From: Paramecium tetraurelia
Taxonomy: Eukaryota
Length of the DNA: 20,000 nt
Direction of reading: 5' to 3'
Assembly (NCBI GenBank): GCA_000165425.1
Contig: CT868671.1
Span: 45,946 to 65,945 of the forward strand
Shown: piece by piece, positions 1 through 12,385 of the stretch
Numbering within the stretch: the first letter of the stretch is position 1
Layout of the letters: each line of letters opens with the position of its first letter
Position numbers and translations under genes: made by a program
The notes under the pieces: model-generated
What the model saw: the letters and a program-made list of their open reading frames with translations, nothing else
What the model was told of the DNA's origin: nothing
Databases searched by the model: none

Positions 1-1231
1 ATAAACAAATCTATCTAAAATGTCTTTAAAAGTGGAACTTTGCATTTGGATATATTTTTAATACTTATCGATCTCAGTACATTAAAATAAGGATAAAGCA
101 ATGCAATTTAAAGCTGCATAGTTCATGGTCGTGGATATATCCTACCTTAGAATCTCAAATAGCATATCTAATAAATGATATTAGTCCATAAGCTGCAAAA
201 AATGTTATCTTTTGCGTAGTACTATTTCTAGAAGTTTTAGTATTTCAATTTATCCATCTATGAAAGTATTTTTAAGTAGTTTGACTAAATCATCATTTAT
301 AAATTTAAAGTAAGTGTCATTTTCTTCAAAAATCATGAACAATAATTTAGTAGACCTAACCATAGTTTTTTCGTGTCTATACAGATTGCTTTGAAGAACA
401 AACATTAATTCTGAAGTTACAATTTATTCATAGTACATTTTTTCAATTGCATTTTAAACTAAATAATGTATTGCTAGTAATAACTAATCACAACAAAAGA
501 CTTCGGAGTTGGGTTGCTTTAGAAAATGCAATAAGCATTTCCAAGGCTTCCTATCCTCAGAATTAGCTGAATTGAGAGCTTCCCAATAAAATTAATTAGC
601 TTATGGATATTTTTGAATTAAGTGTGGGAGAATGCGAATTTACATTTAAGTAGTGCTATTTCTGCATTAAATCAATTCTTCGCAACAGATCAAAAACACT
701 TGTTTCAGAAATGGAAAAGGAGTGTGTGCTGAATTTGAAAGAATAAGCATAAATTCCCAATATAGCTTTTCTATGTTCTTCAAATAAATTGCCGCTAGAT
801 ATAGGTTTAAATATTAAGTTAGTCTCTCTTTTTAATATCTGATCAGAGAAGATATGCTTAATTACTGTTGGTTCAATGCATAAATTGCACATTAAGCTCA
901 AAACACAAATTAAGGTCTAAAGTCATTGTGTTTCAGTGTTTTGTAAATATCATGATCTATAATGTAGACACTGTATTTTGCACTTAATTGCTATACCAAT
1001 TATATGAGTTTTTCTAAGTTTTAGTTGTCTGGATTTTGAAGAATAAGCTAAATCTGATTCTCAATTTGATCTTTGTATTTAAGTTCAAAATCGATTAAAT
1101 TGTTGCATTCATTTAGATCCATGAATTAAATTGCACTTTTCAAATCTCTTCTTGCTGAATTCTTTTTCTAGATTTTACTTACGAATTTCTGTTCTAAATT
1201 ATTCTCTTCTTTTAACTATTATATCACTCAT
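1..1231 (-). CDS. Divergent importin-alpha-like / ARM-repeat-like protein with N-terminal IBB-like motif; 3' end beyond the window; interrupted by apparent frameshifts
   Basis: ATG at 1231 gives MSDIIVKRREQFRTEIRKQNLEKEFSKKRF, resembling the importin-beta-binding motif. A helical frame (SAIQFMDLNEC...LYWEFMLILSN...QIRILPHLIQKY...FYWEALN...DILDRFVY) runs from 1140 to position 1 under code 6 with one TGA at 898-900. A frame break is needed at 1137-1140 and probably two more at 900-903 and 829-833. Confidence 0.6.
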
Positions 1232-1262
1232 TAATTATAAAACTCATATTAAAATCAAATAT

Positions 1263-1394
1263 TTAATAACATCAAATATAAAAACTTAGACATAATTCAG
1301 AAGTAGTGTGTCAGAAATTTTATGATTCATTTTTAGATTTTGAATTCTTATATGTTTTAAATGATTTTCCTTTATTCTTATTTGATGTTATTAA
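1263..1394. repeat. Perfect 16-bp inverted repeat (TTAATAACATCAAATA ... TATTTGATGTTATTAA) bounding a 132-bp segment
   Basis: 1263-1278 is the exact reverse complement of 1379-1394; the segment starts and ends with TTAA. Confidence 0.85.
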
Positions 1395-1419
1395 GCCGAA
1401 TAAAATAAGGACCAAAAAT

Positions 1420-1516
1420 TTTGTTAAAATACATATATAATGGAATTTTATAGAATTAAAATAACAAAATTGGCATATTAAATATATAAAATATAATTAA
1501 TTTGTTAAAATACATA
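1420..1516 (+). repeat. Perfect 16-bp direct repeat TTTGTTAAAATACATA
   Basis: Identical copies at 1420-1435 and 1501-1516; the second lies 4 nt before the ATG at 1521. Confidence 0.8.
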
Positions 1517-1520
1517 AGGA

Positions 1521-3379
1521 ATGTAGTATGAAATCAAGATAATGGGTTATGAGAATACGACAGACAATGTTTTATATAGAATTCGCATTATCGATCTTTT
1601 TACACTTGATTAGAGAGAAATTAGAGTTAGATATAGTCTCTTGCTTGACCTTCATAATGCCATGCAAGAATACAATATAAATTATTAAGTAACTATTATC
1701 TAAATCTAGCTTCCTCAATTTCCAAAAAAGGAATACTTAAAGACATTGTTTGGAGAAAATAAAGTGATCAAGCAACGTGAATAAAAAATAGGGGAATATT
1801 TTCAATAGCTTCTTAAATGTCCTCCTCCTAATCATAAATTATTGCTTGATTTTCTTAGAGAAGGGGTTGATACTATTAGACAATAGGAATTATTAAAGGA
1901 AGTCAACTCTAAAGCTGAGATACTCAAATATTTAAAGGATGAAAAGTTGCTAAAAAGGGGACAATTTGGAAAAACAACTTTATATAGCATAAACGGAAAA
2001 AAAATAATTCTGCATAAGTTTTATGTCATTTAGCAACAAAGTGATTAACTGTTTTCATTTTATATGAAGGCTCATTTAAATATTTTAGAACACAGCTTGT
2101 TTACTCAAGTGCATTCTGTATTCTATATACGACCCAAAGCTAACTTTGTTGACTCTATGCTTGGCTAAGTGAAATAGCCAAAAGTTAGCAAAAAACCCAA
2201 TATTTTTACTAATTTATATCCCCAATATATAAGAGGAGAGGCAGTGAAGATATTCTCATTTGAAGAATATGAGGGATAAAATCTAAACGAAGTGATTAAA
2301 GATCGAAAAACTAAAAATAAGCCTTTTACTTTAGATGAGCTCTTAAATATTATATAGAAAATCCTCCAAGCGATTATTTAATTACATAAGCGCAACATTT
2401 TTCCTAACAGAATTTTACCCACTTCCATTATCATCAACAATGAGAGTGTTAAATTGGCTAGTATTTAAGAACCTAATGCCAAATATAAGGAAAAATAGTT
2501 GTTGGAAGGACATGCCAATAATAGTGAGTAAAGTTATGATATTGTTTATTATCCTCCTGAAAAATTGAGTTAATAGTTTTCATAATAAATAAATGGAAAG
2601 TTGATAGATAGTTGGCATTTTGGAGTTTGTATATTAATGGCAGCTTTGCTCTATACAAATAAAGAATTGGAAGGAATTCATTCATCTTATTAAGTTGATA
2701 AATTTGCTAATCAAGTGTAGTTGTTATATGGGTATATTTAATAAATTTAATATAGGTAAGTGATGTAATAGCAGAAATAATTATGCTGAGTCTAAAACAA
2801 TAATCACACTAAAGAGCAGATATTAGGGAATTGTATTTTTTGGCCAATTAAACAGCAATTATCAAATTTCAATCAAACGTTTTGAATCAGTAAGAGAAAT
2901 CTTAAATTACATACTTAACAATTAATAACATAACATAAGAGCAGTTAGACAATCTTGAATAGCTCATTCAAAAGTCTCCAATTTTATCAGTTAAAATAAA
3001 TCTATATAAATAATAAATAGATTAATAGGAATTAGATAAATTATTACAAATACTGGGTAATTTTGCTGAAGTAAAGTATATTTCAATGATTTTAAATAAG
3101 TAAGAATAGAATTAAATGATTAGAACATAAAATTTAAATTTTGGAAACCTGTGTGTTGGTTTATAAAAATTAAGGCAATTGAAACGTATCTCATTGGATT
3201 TGAAGGGAATCAATTTAGAAAAAGAAGAAATTGACTAGGCATTAAAAACATTTAAATAAATGGATTCAATTGAAAGATTTATATTGGATTGTTCATCTAT
3301 GGAATTTATTAATAGTTTGAAATCAGAATTGAAATTAGAGAGTAATTTAGTTTTGTATTTTGAATCATAATTAATTTGA
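1521..3379 (+). CDS. PX-domain + protein-kinase-like (pseudokinase) protein with LRR-like C-terminus, ~595-610 aa
   Basis: ATG 1521 to TGA 3377-3379 under code 6. PX signature: VLYRIRI...RVRYSLLLDLH...LPQFPKK...KQREQKIGEYFQQLL. Kinase-like elements: KRGQFGKTTLY, EEYEGQNL, LHKRNIFPNRILPTSIII, YYPPE, DSWHFGVCIL. Intron 2732-2760 (29 nt) restores the frame; probable in-frame introns at 1689-1709 (21 nt) and 3100-3123 (24 nt). Confidence 0.85.
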
Positions 3380-3385
3380 TTAATT

Positions 3386-6300
3386 TCATAACATATCAGC
3401 AGGTTATTTAGCAGCATTCCTTAATTTTTTTCTATTTTTAATGGAATTCAACATTTAACTTGCTTATCTCATAGTATCCACGATATTGACAATCTAAATA
3501 TAAAAATAGATAATTACATCTTTAGAAATACGTTCAATCTTTTTAGATTCTTCTTCCTCATCCTACTTAATATTTTGTAATTCTCTAGCTTTATTGAATG
3601 GAAACCATGTTAGATCTTTCTTCTATATTTTTTCCCAAACAAATTACTCAATTCCAGTATAATCTGTGGGATCTTTGTATTTGAGATAAGCCATAAAGAA
3701 AACATAATTCCACATATAATGATTAACTTTAATGTGATGATCAAAACCTCCGCCCATTGAAGCTGTATCTGTTAATCTATCAAACGTAGTTTTAAGATTT
3801 CCACAAATAAAACATTTATCTTCAATATCCCTAACCTTATCACTTTCCTCCTCTCTTAAAGACCCGAATGTATCAATAATAATACCTGCCACGATATTAA
3901 CCATGATAATAACTAAGAAAATATTTGAGGTGTTATCGAATACAAATCTACTTACACGATACTTTTCAACTACATCCTCATCTTCCAAATCAGACAAGTA
4001 CCCCCCAACTCCACCATTAGCTTTAAATGTCCAATCAAATGTAAATAGGAAGCAAAACAATGTGGACTAACATTTCCCTTTGTAATCTTCAAAGAAGAAT
4101 GTATAGGCAATAAGACCATACACATACACAAGAATTACGAAAAGTACCAATGTAAGTCCTAATTATTATTTAGGTTCCCAAACGGATCGAATAACATTCT
4201 TCAAAGTTGGATAACGGATTAATATCTCTGTTAAATGAAAACTAAAGAAGAAAGGATGTAATACTGTTCCAATTACAGCCAAGGCACCATAAGCTAAATA
4301 ATAAACGACTTCTATCTCTTTTAGAATATAAAACAACACTGCTAACAATTTAAATATCTTGTAGATCAATTGTATAGGCCAATAAGTAAACTTATCTTCA
4401 AATGGTAATTTGGTTTTCCATGCTTTCTTAATAATTAATGGAGCATTCTTAAACAAAAAGAAAGAAACAACAAATATTGAACAACAAGCCATAATAGTAC
4501 CGCAAATCAAAAAAATATTTCTAGTTTGTTGGGGTGAATACTATTCATCTCTAAATAATCTAAAATCTGTTATTCTATTCCCTGATTCATTTTGGGCAAA
4601 TGATCCTATTATAAATAGATTTAATAATAAGGTAAATAAAAATGCCAAATCCTTCCATAATTTCACATAATTGGCAAACAAAGCTAGAAACTTCTATCTT
4701 TAGAATATTCGTCTTAATTGTTCCTCATGCTCACATATTTCGGTTAACCTTTCTGATTCTTAAACTAAAAATTAAACCTTTGATTTAGTAGATGATCTAT
4801 CGACATTTTCATGAAATTCTACCTTCTATTCTTTAGGTAAATTATGAGTATATGGTAAGAGTAGAAAATACACAATTTCTATCTCATTGTTCCTAACAAC
4901 TTCTATGGATGCACTGTTTTTATAGAAAAAATCAAATGCTCTCCTCTTCATTTTTTCTTTTTCTGCTCTTCTTTCTCTATCTTATTTCTCTTATTGCTCG
5001 CTTGTCTAAGCCTAAGTAGCCATCTACTTTTGAGCTTCTTTCTTAATTTGATTCATTAAGTCAATCCAACTGTTAGCGAATGACATCACAAAACTGACTA
5101 ATTGACCTATTATATTATCTCCGAATAGCAAATCTTCTAAAGTGCCTTTGTCTTGCTTTAATTTCTTTCTAGTATTGGCTCTATACATCTAAACAAATGA
5201 ATTTTCTACATTCTTCTCAGATTCCATATAATAACTCATTAAGAAATAGATATAAAAGCCTTTTTACAATATTAATTCATAATATTATTCTTCTTTTACT
5301 TTATCTTCTTGTTTTGCAGATTCTGGGTCTTCCTTAATTCTATCTAGGACTTCAATCTAATAGCCTTCTTTACATTATTTTTCATATTTATGAAAACAAC
5401 TTACCATATGTTTTTCTAATAACGGCGGTGTCAAATGTCTCATTATTCTTTTGATAATTGGATTTGAATCTGATATTTCTCTCATTTCAATTAAGGATAG
5501 AATCAAAATTAAACATTTGGTTTGCATTCTTTCAATTTACCAAATTTTTAAATCAGATCCCTTCTGTTATTTTTGATATCGACCGGTTTTAGATGTCATC
5601 ATTTTATTATTTTAAGTTTTTGATGTCTTTATATTTGATATCATTATTTAAGTTTTACCAGTGCTATCCTTCTCTTTTTTTTATCCAAATAAATCTGAGG
5701 CTATTTCAAAGAATTTAGAATCAGCAACTGCTATTTAATTTTCAGGACATGGACCTTAAACTAACTCATTTAATGTATCTAGACACAGAACCATATTTTC
5801 ATATTGTGCTCTATCTTTATAGTAATAAGTTAGTAATAACTCTGCTACTTAGTTGATCATATTAAATGAGTTTCTTGAATTTGTTTATTAACGAATATAA
5901 TTTTATAGATCTAGATAATGTCCCTCACAACAATTTTATAAGAATTTTAAGACCTGAGTCAATAACAATTCCAAATCTTATTGCTATTTTAATTCTTATA
6001 CATTATCCTCTTATTATTAAGAAGGTAAATTCCCCAATTATTATTCTTCAGTTTTTTTATCTTTTTCTTTGTTTGTGATTTATTTGATTTATGCCTGAAT
6101 GACATTGTTTAATCTACTAAAGATGACTTCACTTTTTGGATAAGTCTTCATAAATTCAAATATAGTTTTTTATACTTTATTGTTGCCTCCTGATAGTAAA
6201 GTATTTATAAACAATAAGAAATTTCTTAACATTTCTCCATCAAGAATAATTGATTCACTTAAGACTGTTAATACCATTCTAGTAGCTCCTAATTTATTAA

Positions 6301-9300
6301 ATAAGTTTTGCACATCTTCCATTTCGTTGTTTTCTCCTTCAACTTCAACTTTTTCTTTTTATTCTTCCTTAGGTTTTCCTTCAATCACCTTTCTCAAAAC
6401 ACCTAACAAAGTTATAATGGTTTTATTATTTTAACTGCTATTTATGGCATAGCTTAAAAAATTAATAAATTTCTTTAATAGTATTACATATTCAACTTTT
6501 AAAATCTTTTCATTCTTGTCGTTTTTGTCACTCGGATTTCCAAAATACTATTCAAATTTAACAATAGCCTCGGATAACTTTTGCAATTCATCCTAGACAT
6601 AATTTTTACTTTTATCACTTAAGCATAATTGATTAACAAATTCTTCCCAACTCCCTGAGATTTTTTCAATCTCCGCTGACTCAAATTCAATAAGAGGTTC
6701 CTCCTTTTATTTTTTATTCGATGAAAGTGCTGACATAATACCTATCTTAGATTTAACATTATTGCTTTAGAAAATTGTTTTCGGGGTATGATGATCCCCA
6801 TGACTTTATTAAATTCCACTTTGTAAATGAATTACTTATTCGTTCAAATCTGACTAATAATTATCATTAGCTCCAGCCTGAATATTAGACAATACATCTC
6901 TGAAACCATTAAATTCCCCAAGATCTTCCATCAGTTTTGATTACCCTGAAACAGACTAACACACTTTTCCCATAATAGTTAATGGAAAATAAGAATAAAA
7001 AGCAATTAACACAGAAACATGCTTTTTTCTATTAACATATTTACCAAGATGTAATATTTTAGACGATAATGTCTTAGCAAATGCTTAAAATGCTGCAATA
7101 TCCTTTTATTCTTAATCATGTCCATCTTCATCTTCATCCTAATGAACTGATATATTTTTTCTAATCAAATAAGTTGTAAATAATGGTATTACAGCTTCAA
7201 TTAAGAAATCAAAGTATCTCAATTATTAGTGATCAAATTAGATATGTTCCAATCTCTTTATCTCAAAATCTATCATATTTAATAAATCATTCTTGATTTC
7301 CTTCAAAAAGTTTTGACTCTTCTCACTAGTGATATGTACGTTCATAAAGAAAATCCATAATTATTTCTTAATTAATCCAAATCCTTATTCCTGCAGAGAA
7401 GGATTTCTGCTGCATAAAGAATCTGGTTTACACAATAATTATATCATGTATTGAGCTGAAAATTTCTTTTTCAATTTTGCAACATTTATTGTAAAATTAT
7501 CCTTCTAATCACCTTCAAGGACTTGAATTTAAGTACATTACAATAATAAATCCAATAACTTTGCATGATAAAGAAATGGTTAATTCATAGGAGGATTAGA
7601 TGCTAAATCTGTTAGAAAGTCTGATTAATGCAATTAAATATCACCCTCAAAGACGAATTCATTCTTTTCAGTAAACAATAATTCTTCTTTTTCTAAGAAA
7701 GTATTCAAAACAAGCAATTAATTATCAAAGATATATTTATTTCCTTATTTTATTATGGTTAGGAAAAAGTCCAAGAATTGTGCTTTTCTTCCACTTTAAT
7801 AAATCAGCTCGACAAATTTGTGGAACACTCTGTCATTCCTATTTATAGAAGTCAATAGTTTTTGATTGTCTTTATAAATTTCGCAAATTAATGGTATCTA
7901 TCCTACTTCTAAATGCATGTTTTCAAAATAAGATATGTACTATGATAACACTATCTAATTTTCATGGTTATTCCTGCAAAAATATGTTAAAAATTAAAAT
8001 GCATATATAAACAATTAAGCCAACCTTTACTTTCTTTAAATATTTTTGATGTTTTCAAGATGGAAATCCAAAGCTGACATTTGATCTCTTATTAAATTTA
8101 AAATAGGCAAATGAATCTTTAAAGCATTCATTAAGTTCTATTTCTCAGCATCAATCTCTTAAGTTCCGGAAATGATTTTAGAAGATATTTAAGTATCCTT
8201 AAAAAACCCCTATCTAAAATTATCTATTATTTCTAAGGTTTCCTCTAGATCGTCTTATTTTTAGGATTTAATATATTCTGCAAGCCAAACCTCAGATCTA
8301 TCTACCAATTAATTTCAACCTCTACAAATTTTCACTAAGGAATTCATAGAGTCTACTTTTAATTGGATCACTTACAAGTTACAACTTTAAGAGATTATTA
8401 CAAAGCTCTTCTCTCTAATTAAATAATCTCATAATAATAGCCAAACATCTCTTTTCTAATTCTTCCTCGTGAATTTAAGAAAAGTTTGTAAATAAATATG
8501 GCAAAACTACTCCAATAGGGTTATTTATCTTGCTAATGTCTTCTTAAGGTAAATTTAATGAGAAGTATTAATCCAAATCATAGATCAGCATTTCATTCTA
8601 AGTAAAAACTTTGAATTCTTCAGATTCTGGTTTTGTTTCAGCTAATTTATTTAAAAAGTTTAATGCTCCTATACCAAAAGCATCTTGTTTCTCTTCTTTT
8701 TCATCCACTTCTTTTAAACCAGTTTTAGCTATATTTGGCATCAATCCCAATAAATTTGATTCTGTCTTCCTCTAAACAAAAATTAATATTTTAGTCTCTT
8801 CTTATTCTTAAGATGCGTCATCTTTAGAAAATTTCAATTATTGAATCCCTTCTTGCATTTTTTCAATGATTTACTTCTTGAAAAAAGACAAACAATTCAA
8901 CATCAGATAATTTTGCCTCATATCTAAGAATCTATCCATTACATCACAGAGAGTCAATTTGATTTTAATCTCTAATTGACTTGATCCAGTTTCTTCTCTT
9001 GTTAATAAGGTACTCTGGAGTTCATTCTCTAATTTGATAAACCCTCTCATCAAGGGATTAGTGTACATTTAAACATCATCCACAATACCCTCATCAATTT
9101 ATTCATCATCGTCTGATTCTGACTTCTATTCTTCATCCGATCCAAACAGATTTAGATTCAACCCTATATTCATTGGATTAGCCATGCTTATAAGATTAGC
9201 TCCTAAATTCAAACCAATTCCTAAAGGATTTACTTCTTTTCTTTCTTTTCTTTGAGTGATTTCTGATTTTTATACCTTATATACACTCTTCATCAAAGGC

Positions 9301-12300
9301 AACTAGGTAAAATCATAAAAAAAATAATGAATAACAATATCAATTATTTATTTATAGTATTAATTTGGTTCCTTATCTAAAAGTAAAAATACATCCAATT
9401 CTAATACTAATAACATCATCTAACAAGAATTGTAAAGTAATTCATTAATCAATAAACTCTTTTCATCATTTGCCTCTAACATATCATAATCTTTATTGTT
9501 ATCTCCACTGTCTTTAGTATCAAGAGCCAATACTATTTATTGTTTATTATCTTGTAAATATTTGAATAGATCTTCAATTAAAGAAGTATACAACCCCATA
9601 TGTTGAGCTTCATTTGCCTTGTCAATACTTTTAAAAAGATTACAGTATTTAGGCAATTAAACTTTATTGAGTGGATCATGATCAATATAAAGACTCATAG
9701 CAATTTTACACAAGGCTGCTTAAAGCACTGCATAAGTTCGATTACCATCCTCTTACCAAATATTCTGAAACAAAAAGTCTTTACTAAAGTATTATTCTAA
9801 CTCTTATTTCCATAAGTAATTTCTCCCGTAAGATACATCAGCATAAAATTACAATTGCTCATTTATAAAATACATTTCTTTAGGGTCATTCTATAATTTG
9901 AATGGGATAACTAATTTGCCATCTTTCAGGGATATCTTATCAGGATCTTCACGATCCTTGATTAATTATATCTTTTTATGATTATGCTTCTTTAGCAATT
10001 TGTAAATTGCCTCCTAATTTGAATTGATACCTTAGGAATTGTAAATACACATTTCTCTCAAGAAAGTTAGAAAATCCGCTTTGTGTGCTTGTTCATCTGT
10101 TTCTAAAAGATTTAAGAAGAAAATAAGGAAATTATTTTAGATTTTATTATGATGAAGTTACATTTTTTCTTCTTCTGGCTCAAAAAAATCCTACTCCTTA
10201 GGAATATAATCAAGTTTCATATTCAATGATAATTGTTAGAGCAGTTCTGGATTGTTTCCAATAATTGAAATCATACATTTGATTGCCTCAGGGATATATC
10301 TGCAATGTTCTAAGAAATGCCCAATTAAATCAAAGGTATACAACTCATTTTCAGGGTTTTATTTACAAATCGATGTCAATAATGTATAGATAGTTTGGTT
10401 TAATGTGATTTTAAATGCGATATAAGCCAATATTTCATGATCTTTTAAACCTTGTTTTTTATTTGTTTATTCTGTGTTACTCATTTTCTCTTATTACTAT
10501 TATATATCTTGCATTTAAATAATCATAAATCTTCTACTCCAAATAACTAGGTCTTCAGGTTTTAGCTGTTAAACCAATATTTTGACTAATAAGTCAATAT
10601 AATATTATTCCTTTAATAACTTTTGTCTAAATGGATTGATTGTCCCATATTTCTACTCAGGTGTTGAGTTATATAATCTATTATTACAAAAATCATTTAT
10701 ATCTTCTATGCATTACTTGGTTGTTTATATTTTTAATAGATGATCTTTAAGTACTTCTTTATCTTAAGCATCATTTTCCCATTTTAATTTTTATAAATCA
10801 TCAAGATAATTTGTTAGAGTTTTAGCACAACTCAAAACAAAAGAAATTTCCCAAACGTCATTACTACTATACTGGCATACAATTTAAAAACACTTTAATC
10901 AGTTTTATGTTATTCTTAATGAAGAATTGGAATGTATCTTTGATATTTTCCATATTGAATATCAACCCAAAAACTATTTTCATCATTCTAATTATTAATA
11001 GTACCGGAAGGAATTGGTTTATCATGACATATATAAACATAACTACCTCTCATGACTGACTTTTCTCTAACCTGAGAATTCTTTAATTGACTAAAATAAA
11101 ATAAGGTTGTTGGAACTCTCTATTTATCTAATGTAAATTTGTCTTAAATCCCAGATAGATACAATCCTGATGTAAAATGTTTGAATCGGTATTTCTTATC
11201 AAATACTACAATGCCTCCTTCCTTATATATTTCTGATTCAATAATCCACATCGAAATGTGTATCTCCCTGTGTATTCATCATAACTTTCTTTTGTTGAGC
11301 CACTCAATACATTTAATTCCACATTTTCTACTTTTAACCAGTCAACCAAATTAAATGATTGAAAGTTCTTCTAATCTACAGGCTTACCCTTTCTTGTTGC
11401 TGCAATTGTTGTATTAGTTTCAGAATGATGTAACCAAATTACATCACCACATTTCAAATATCCAGATGTTTCAGGAACATAATCTGAATAAACTGAAATT
11501 CTCCATTAAGTCTAATTTTCTTCATCTAATGCTGCATTTACTTCCCTCTTAATTATATCTTTCTCCATCTTGTATTATAACAGGTCTTCATCACTTTTTT
11601 TCTATTTCCTGCTCTTTCCATAATTTCCCATTTCTTAAGATGCATGCAGAAATGTCAATTTATTCATAAAGGATGTTGCTCTTACAATATACACAATATC
11701 ACTGGCATAAATTACTTACTCACCTTCTTTCTAATATTTGTAAGCTGGCAATATCTTAAATAAGGATGAATCACTAGGTAATTCATCTAAAGTAATTTTA
11801 TAATTTGAAGATTCTACTCTAGCCTCCTTTTGATGACAAGCTAAAAACTTTGATGATGCCAAATGCAATAGTTAAATATGAGACTTATATGACACCTTAT
11901 GCGCTTTTGACTATATTATAACAACATAGGTTTTACTTTTTCAAATGTGTCAAGATTATATTTGAACTCTTATAATAATTTCTGGGAAAACATTTAGACC
12001 TGCTCTTTCGACAGAATAGTCTTTTCATCAACCTTCTAATGTTTCGAGATGCTTTCTAAAATATTTTGGACTGCTGGTTAAACCTCTTCTTCTTGCTCCT
12101 CTCCAATAAGTTCCTTCAAGATTTCTTGCTTTGTGGTGTTTGTAAATTTTGGAAATATTTAAAACAGAGTGTGGTAATATGGCCTGCTTTTCATTTTACC
12201 TAATTATTTCACATCTACGACATCTATGTGATGCTTGTATAATTATGCTATATTTGTACAAAGTTCTATAAACAAACAGCACGCTTCACAAAACCATCAG

Positions 12301-12385
12301 CTGTTATGAAAGAATGATCATCCTATACATGAGATATCGAAATAACTGATCCATAAGTCAAATAGTTTAAATCCTCTTAATTCAT
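3386..12385 (-). CDS. Inositol 1,4,5-trisphosphate receptor / ryanodine receptor superfamily Ca2+ release channel (Paramecium CRC-type), ~2970 aa; three apparent frameshift sites
   Basis: ATG 12385 (MNQEDLNYLTYGSVISI...ADGFV) to TGA 3386-3388. Motifs: MIR (QLLHLASSKFL; YRFKHFTSGLYL), RQKLLKEQ, MRLFNQREEL, RIH (FCRNNHENQ), LLSGGNNKVQ, RIH-associated (LKFLQNCCEGHYLDLQNYIRQQ; LNELVQGPCPENQ), SIEVVR..IVYF, TM helices, pore ANGGVGGYL, S6 NIVAGIIIDTFGSLR, zinc finger CFICG..HIKVNHYMWNY. Introns: 12234-12259 (26 nt), 11911-11936 (26 nt), probable 3494-3517 (24 nt). Frame breaks near 11254-11268, 10861-10876 and 8313-8315. Confidence 0.95.

Noticed and set aside
8298..8325. 28-nt GTAGAGG..GATAG intron that would repair the channel frameshift
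   Set aside because: Splicing would delete the conserved L..LVDRSEVW helix (LVEKSELW in animal IP3Rs); a one-base indel is more parsimonious.
3644..9068. ORFs 3644-4060, 4166-4510 and 8871-9068 as separate membrane proteins or a split channel
   Set aside because: All are segments of the single Ca2+ release channel once TAA/TAG are read as Gln.
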